Positions 19,621-24,997 of a stretch of DNA of 24,997 nt are shown here, piece by piece. Below the pieces are notes generated by a model. That model worked only from the letters and a program-made list of their open reading frames with translations, did no database searches and was not told the DNA's origin. Each line of letters opens with the position of its first letter. Positions within the stretch are counted from its first letter, which is position 1. The stretch is from Catajapyx aquilonaris (lineage: Eukaryota), in contig JYFJ02001230.1 in NCBI GenBank assembly GCA_000934665.2, positions 62,001-86,997 of the forward strand. The letters run 5' to 3'. The position numbers and the translations under genes were made by a program.

Positions 19621-22238
19621 ATGCATCGTGGTCGAGGAAGCCACGGTGGACGTGGTGGAGGTGGTGGACGCAAGGTCAGGCGACAGGGGCCTCGTCAGCG
19701 GTGCGACCAATTTGAAGTTGATGGAGATACCTCCAACTTTCGTGCTATGGAGCGCCTGGGTCTGGACGACGCTGATAGCGATGATTCCTTGGAGACAGGC
19801 GCTAGTGAAACCAGTGACTCACAAGCAGCCGATACATCCCCTCTTATTCCATGCTTTGTGGGTATGTGGGACTTGAAACAGTGCGACCCCACTAAATGCA
19901 CAGGGCGTAAGCTTGCACGCATGGGTCTCCTGAGGGAACTCAAGCTGGGGAAGCACTTTCGTGGTGTTGTGCTTGCTCCCTTTGGCACCAAGGTTAAGTG
20001 GTTGGATCAGATACACCTAATAGCTGTGTAAAACTTGCTGTCTCTTCTCTAGTGCTTTTCCAAGGAGGACTTGCCTGTAATGCTTGACCATGGACTGGCA
20101 GTAGTTGACTGCTCATGGAACGAGGCTTCTAGTGAGCAGGAGCACTACCGTAATATCCGTGCTTCTCAGGCCCGCCTCCTTCCATACATGGTTGCAGCCA
20201 ATCCTGTCAAATATGGAAACCCATGTACTCTGTCCTGTGTGGAAGCACTAGCAGCAGCCTTCTATATGGTGGGTTATCCGGACACAGCAAAATGGTTCCT
20301 GGGAAAGTTCACCTGGGGACACAGTTTCTGTAGCCTGAACCAAGAGGTTCTTGAAAGATATGCAGCTTGCGGCACAAGGGCCCAGGTGTTGGAGGTACAG
20401 GAAAGCTACATCACTGAAGGATATCATGCGAAACTTCTGAACAAGCGTATGTATTTGAGTGCAAGAGTAATGTTATTGTTCATCTTCTCATGATCAGGTG
20501 GTGACTGCTGTTGAAATCTCTCTGATGGCTGACAGGGACCTTGTTTGTAGAATTTGTTGAGTTGGAGTGCCTGCCTTCAAGCTTTGCAGCAATATGATTT
20601 TTTGGGGCGACCACCATGCCCACTATGGCAATTTTTCACACTTGAGCACCTCTCCCATCTTCTTTTTCCCCCTTCATCCAGTTTGATGAATTTATGAAAC
20701 AGACTTTAATTCAGTATTAATTCAACTCTAATCAGGATTTTCCTTTGTTGAGGGACTTAAATGTTGTCTGTTTCTGCATTTAACAGGTTTCACTATATCT
20801 GGGGGTAAAATCAGGAAAATCCTGTAATTCAGCCTGGACTGCATCATTTTTCCACAGTAGACAAGTTTGAGCTATATCCAGGATCTGATACAGGCTGGTT
20901 TCACTTTGTCATGTTGATTGATCACGTTACACAATGGATAGATAATGCTGATATTTTTACACAAATAAATAGTGATTTGGATGTCACAGTAATTGGGCAG
21001 AATAAAAAACAATCCTACTCACAAGCAATCATATATCGTTCAAAGTTGTCTCTATGGTTTGAAATCAGCAGCTTCACAAATTGATACTTTGTGTGCTTCC
21101 CAAAGTCTCTCTCCACCAACCAATGTAAAGCTCATCGATATAGATTATTTGCAAGTCCTGAATAGAAAATGCACGTTATTTCCTCTCAGGGAAAAACTAG
21201 TTCCAGCTCTGGTTCACTAATGGTGGTAGAGCTCCTCACAGTAAAGTGTAATGTCTGTCTCTGTATGCAAAGGAAGAGTTCTGCTTGTGAGTCCAGGCCA
21301 AAGTTTTAAAGGCAGAAAAACTGTACAGCACATATTATGAGGCATAACTACAGGTATTGTAGGAGCGTCCTGTGATCATCCTGATGGCTACACTAGGTGT
21401 TTGATATCTGTTGAAGATAATACTTACAGTACCTGTAAGACATTTGCATCAAATGGTATATACAGTATTTACAATAGAAAGTAACAACTTGAAATGATTA
21501 CAAGTCATAGGAATTATTAAATACTCAGCAAAACCCATAGGTATTATGGAGATATACTATTTCTTGCAAAAGGATGAGGACATCTTGTTGCAGGTTTCCC
21601 TTTTTGTTGGAGGAGCCAAGGCAAGTTTTGTTCAGGTGTGACTTTGGGTACTGCACAGTATCATCATTTTAAAAATATCTCCTGCCATTCCAGGGAACTC
21701 GCAAACTTTCCATGATCTCATTTGTCTCTGTCATTTTGCTTATGATGGTACATTAGCATTGAGATAGAATATGCTGACAAATATGAGTTGATGTAGGCTG
21801 GCAATTCCACATCACTTGTACTCATAATTATCTGCATTTGGTTCTTCTACCCAAAGTATTATGTAAAAGACACAGGAGTTACTTCTATCCCAGCATCGAG
21901 GCCTTAAGTGCTCCTCACTTGTTTGGCAGGAGCTGGTTGCATCAACAAAATTCATATTGCCCATCTGTGGCTCTTCAATATTAACTGTTGGTTATTAGGT
22001 TACTTCTCTGTTAAGCTATAATGTACAGTATGTTACTAAATCTTTGAAAAAATAATGACATTATGACGTTGGGTACGATTTTCAGTTTCAAGTGAAATAA
22101 TTTTTTTGGTAGGTGTCATTTTTATTATTGCCATATATTGATATGGATACGTCTCTTTCAGAGCGTGAGATTGACTTGCCACCTGTTGTAGATGACGATT
22201 CATCAGACACAAGTGAAGAGATGGCTACCAAGCAGTGA
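19621..22238 (+). CDS. TSR3: 18S rRNA aminocarboxypropyltransferase Tsr3, ~280 aa
   Basis: Exons 19621-19992, 20053-20446, 22162-22238 (843 nt). Motifs MWDLKQCDPTKCTGRKL, GLAVVDCSW, RLLPYMVAANPVKYG..LSCVEALAA, FTWGHSF..LN; DLPP plus acidic C-terminus. Probable 5' UTR intron 19407-19609. Confidence 0.95.
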
Positions 22239-22311
22239 TGGTTAATGAGGTGCCTGACTCCCACAGGGTCATGTTTGATATTGGGACACATCATGTAAAT
22301 ATCTTTTGTAC

Positions 22312-22323
22312 AATAAAAATAAA
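22312..22323 (+). terminator. Tandem polyadenylation signals of TSR3
   Basis: AATAAAAATAAA ~75 nt after the TGA, preceded by TGTA and followed by TTGTGTG. Confidence 0.7.
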
Positions 22324-22779
22324 CCTTTGCCCTTAACTTGTGTGAATGTGGCTTACGAGTTTCACCTCTTCAGCCAACTCCACATTGAGTTATTTTCTGG
22401 CACAGGAAAAAATCCCCATGGACTGTCCCATTATTCCCGTATTCCCCCTTTACCACTTTTCCCTACGTACGCTCTGCACTGAAGCAGAGAAGATCGACTG
22501 GCTGACCCTTACAAAGTGTGGCCAACGAGTCAGTACTGAACATGCGCGGAGGGAGGAACCACAATGGGGAGAGGGCGACTCACCGACTCGCACCAAGAAA
22601 TAGAAATAGGTCTGTATTTTCAAGCCCGTCTGTGACGCCATGAATTGAATCGGAGAAGGGCTCCACATTGCCTCAGTTTCTCGCAATCTCTCAGAACAGT
22701 ACTTTCCATGCCAGAAAATAAGCCAGTGTGGAGGCGGCTTTAGGTCCAGTTGCACACTGCCCCTAGGAAATTTTTTACA

Positions 22780-22960
22780 GGGCAGCATGGTGGTGTAGTG
22801 GCTATTGTCTTTGCTTTCCTACCTCTGAGGTCCCTCATTCGATCAACAGGTCAGATGGATGATACTTTCTCATGAGGAAAGCATTTCAATAAGTTCTCTC
22901 TGCATTCCTGTGGGTTTTCTCAGGGTTCTCCCATTCCTCCCATATTCCAAAAATACGTAT
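22780..22960 (+). mobile_element. tRNA-derived V-domain-like SINE, copy 2 (3' part missing or divergent)
   Basis: GGGCAGCATGGTGGTGTAGTGG A box, TTCGATC B box, core GTTCTCTCTGCATTCCTGTGGGTTTTCTCAGGGTTCTCCCATTCCTCCCATATTCCAAAAA. Confidence 0.75.
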
Positions 22961-23086
22961 ATCTTTCCCTCATACCCTTCCCTATGTCTGATAGTCGTAG
23001 CTGCTTTGGCTCCTCCAACCAATCAACCAGCCAACCAGGACTTGTCTGGAAGTACACATGTCACATGGTAGCATACATAACAACAC

Positions 23087-23101
23087 TATTATAATTATAA
23101 T

Positions 23102-23149
<48 letters not shown>
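23087..23149. repeat. (TAA)n microsatellite (SINE tail)
   Basis: Seen directly. Confidence 0.95.
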
Positions 23150-23150
<1 letters not shown>

Positions 23151-23395
23151 GATACCCCATGATAGGCCTCCTTGGGCCTCTTAGGGTATCATCTTTTAAA
23201 TACCCGACTTGAATCATTTGCCTGTAATGTGATAGATTTTGAGTGTGGGAGGAAACGGGAGAATCCCGAGAAAACCCACACGAACACGGAGAGAACCCAT
23301 CGAAACTCTATCCACATAAGTATCCTCTGTCCGACCCGGGGATCGAACTCGGGACCTTAGAGGTGGAAGGCTGCAGCGCTATCCACGGCCACATG
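23087..23395 (-). mobile_element. tRNA-derived V-domain-like SINE, copy 3, near full length with (ATT)n tail
   Basis: Minus strand: B box GAGTTCGATCCC, core GTTCTCTCCGTGTTCGTGTGGGTTTTCTCGGGATTCTCCCGTTTCCTCCCACACTCAAAA, 3' stem-loop GATACCC...GGGTATC, then ATT repeats. Confidence 0.85.
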
Positions 23396-23598
23396 GTAGT
23401 AGCATATAGTGTAACAAGTACAGGGTCAGGTCAGGTAGCCTACGGTAATGCAGCATGTGTATATGAAGTTATGCCAAGAGGTGAAGGCTGTCCATGCATG
23501 TTTTTAGGCAATTAAGTGATAACATATCCCATAGTGGGCACCACTAAAAATAAGTAAAGCGAAATAGTCGCATCAGAAAATCGGCTCTCCTGAAAATT

Positions 23599-23601
<3 letters not shown>

Positions 23602-23643
<42 letters not shown>

Positions 23644-23661
23644 CCTCTCCCTCTCTCTCTC
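23602..23661. repeat. (CT)n microsatellite
   Basis: Seen directly; source of the spurious RERERE ORF. Confidence 0.95.
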
Positions 23662-23991
23662 GATACATATATCACTTTGCATCTCACGATTCTCACCTCC
23701 TCTAAAAATCTAAAATGTAATTTATATCCTACACTGCTGACTGCCCATTTCATATAAAGACCAATTTTGCCGGATGGTTTGTATGAAGTTATGATTTAAT
23801 ACCTGAATAATACCTGACTATCACATTTTGGTCGGTACGGACTGTGAGTTATTAGGCATTGCTTAATGCATTCCTTGACGCGTCTCTGATGGTCGAGTCC
23901 GGTTGAGTCAGTTTTCTCTCGATAAATTACAGTACGCGATTAATGCCAAAATGAATGTTCATAAGGGATAATGAATGTTATAAGCTGGTTA

Positions 23992-24155
23992 CAGTGATGG
24001 GCACTAAATACTTGAATGTAATTAAATTCTAAATACTAACTACTGCATAAAAATGTAATTAAATGCTAAATACTGCACAAGAAAGTAATTAGATACTAAA
24101 TACTAAATACATCAAAAGTATTTAAATACTTTCGTAAATACATTTCAAATACATT
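23992..24155. mobile_element. One end of a hAT-like element with TAAATAC subterminal repeat array
   Basis: CAGTGATGGGC start followed by many (C)TAAATAC(T) and GTAATTAAAT units; the partner end is not seen. Confidence 0.55.
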
Positions 24156-24226
24156 TTTTGTTAATGTGAATTTCTGACCATAATTATTTGGATAAAAAAA
24201 GAAAACATAACATATTTTTATTATTA

Positions 24227-24700
24227 CGAGGCACATCCAGAAAGTAAGGTCCGTTTTTTAATTAGAAAAACCACAATGCACCCCTGAATCTTTATTTGCA
24301 CATCTGAAATAGACAACTGTATACTTTTTTCAAAATAGTTTCCAGCCAAATCGAGGCATTTTTCATTGAGTTACACACGATTTTGTATGCCTATGTCATA
24401 GAAGTCTGCCGCAAGCTATTTCCGCGACCCCTGAACGCTGGATTGCAATTCTTCTTCATTGTCAACATTATATGCTTTGCAAGCCATTTCTTGTCCATGG
24501 ACAGGTAGTAATCGCTAGGCTCTAAATCACAAGTGATCAAACAATTCTCACTTGAATTGTTGCAGCAGGGTTCCAGTACGTAAAGACAGTAGGCAGACGT
24601 GCATTGTCCTGGGGTCTGTCGGCAATATACCGATACGTTCCTTATTAATGGCCATCCTTATCTTCTGTAATGTCTCACAATAACCCTTTGGATTGATCAA
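24227..24700 (-). pseudogene. Mariner transposase relic (C-terminal part) with TIR
   Basis: TA followed by a CGAGGCACATCCAGAAAGTAAG terminus. Minus-strand fragments INPKGYCETLQKIRMAINKER, QDNARL, LLQQFK*ELFDH, DLEPSDYYL (cf. YSPDLAPSDY) and AADFYDIGIQ...KCLDLAGNYFEK, with stops and frameshifts. Confidence 0.88.
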
Positions 24701-24714
24701 ACGTAGCGTTGAGT

Positions 24715-24920
24715 TTCGTTCGTGGTGTTTTCTTGCGTGACAGTGCCTGTCTGCCTAGTGCCTTGCGTACTGGAACAGTGCCCCAACAATTATTCAAATG
24801 CGAATTATTGTAAAATCGCCCGGGCAAGGTTGCACCCGGGATTTAGAGCCTAGCAATAATGACAATTCCAGCGTTCAGGGGGTCGCGAAAATGACCTCCA
24901 TGACATAAACATACAAAATA
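24715..24920 (+). pseudogene. Second mariner fragment in inverted orientation
   Basis: GVFLRDSACLP...QQLFKCELL; GATTTAGAGCCTAGC (24840), TCCAGCGTTCAGGGG and ATGACATAAACATACAAAAT are reverse complements of sequence in 24380-24610. Confidence 0.8.
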
Positions 24921-24997
24921 TTGGGGAGGTGGTAATGTCTCGGCTTGCTGTGTGAAAGGTCCCAGGTTCGACCCCCGCCTGGGAGTTCCCTTTCACC
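24921..24997 (+). mobile_element. tRNA-derived SINE head (cut by window edge)
   Basis: A-box-like GGGGAGGTGGTAA and B box GGTTCGACCC (24965); no complete cloverleaf. Confidence 0.5.

Noticed and set aside
20733..20825. 12-bp inverted repeat CAGGATTTTCCT / AGGAAAATCCTG in TSR3 intron
   Set aside because: Possibly a decayed MITE, but no ends or TSD can be defined.
22346..22788. CpG-containing segment with 85- and 112-aa ORFs after TSR3
   Set aside because: No recognisable domain, exon structure or element termini.
23330..23395. tRNA gene (also considered at 22780 and 24921)
   Set aside because: A/B boxes are present but there is no full cloverleaf; at 22780 and 23330 they are joined to SINE bodies.
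23992..24155. CRISPR-like or satellite array
   Set aside because: Short degenerate AT-rich units without unique spacers, in a eukaryotic context; fits transposon subterminal repeats.

Overview
This is animal (probably arthropod) genomic DNA with many short spliceosomal introns; it is not prokaryotic, and most ORF-track entries are exon fragments or noise. It holds four housekeeping genes: RABGAP1/RABGAP1L-like (- strand, runs off the left edge), head-to-head with ZGPAT (+, 9 coding exons, GC-AG first intron), then CDC73/parafibromin (+, 7 coding exons) and TSR3 (+, 3 coding exons). I reconstructed the exon phases by hand and they join in frame. Introns and intergenic DNA are packed with non-autonomous DNA transposons (PIF/Harbinger-, hAT-, pogo- and Tc1/mariner-like MITEs, several nested), V-domain tRNA-SINEs, a decayed hAT Charlie/Buster transposase and an inverted pair of mariner transposase relics. 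I found no convincing new biological system. The best leads are a candidate internal alternative first exon of RABGAP1, the GC-AG intron, a near-perfect 341-bp fold-back element, reconstructable nested insertions, a palindromic mariner derivative and substitutions in conserved PTB and TSR3 motifs. Family assignments come from remembered motifs, not database searches.
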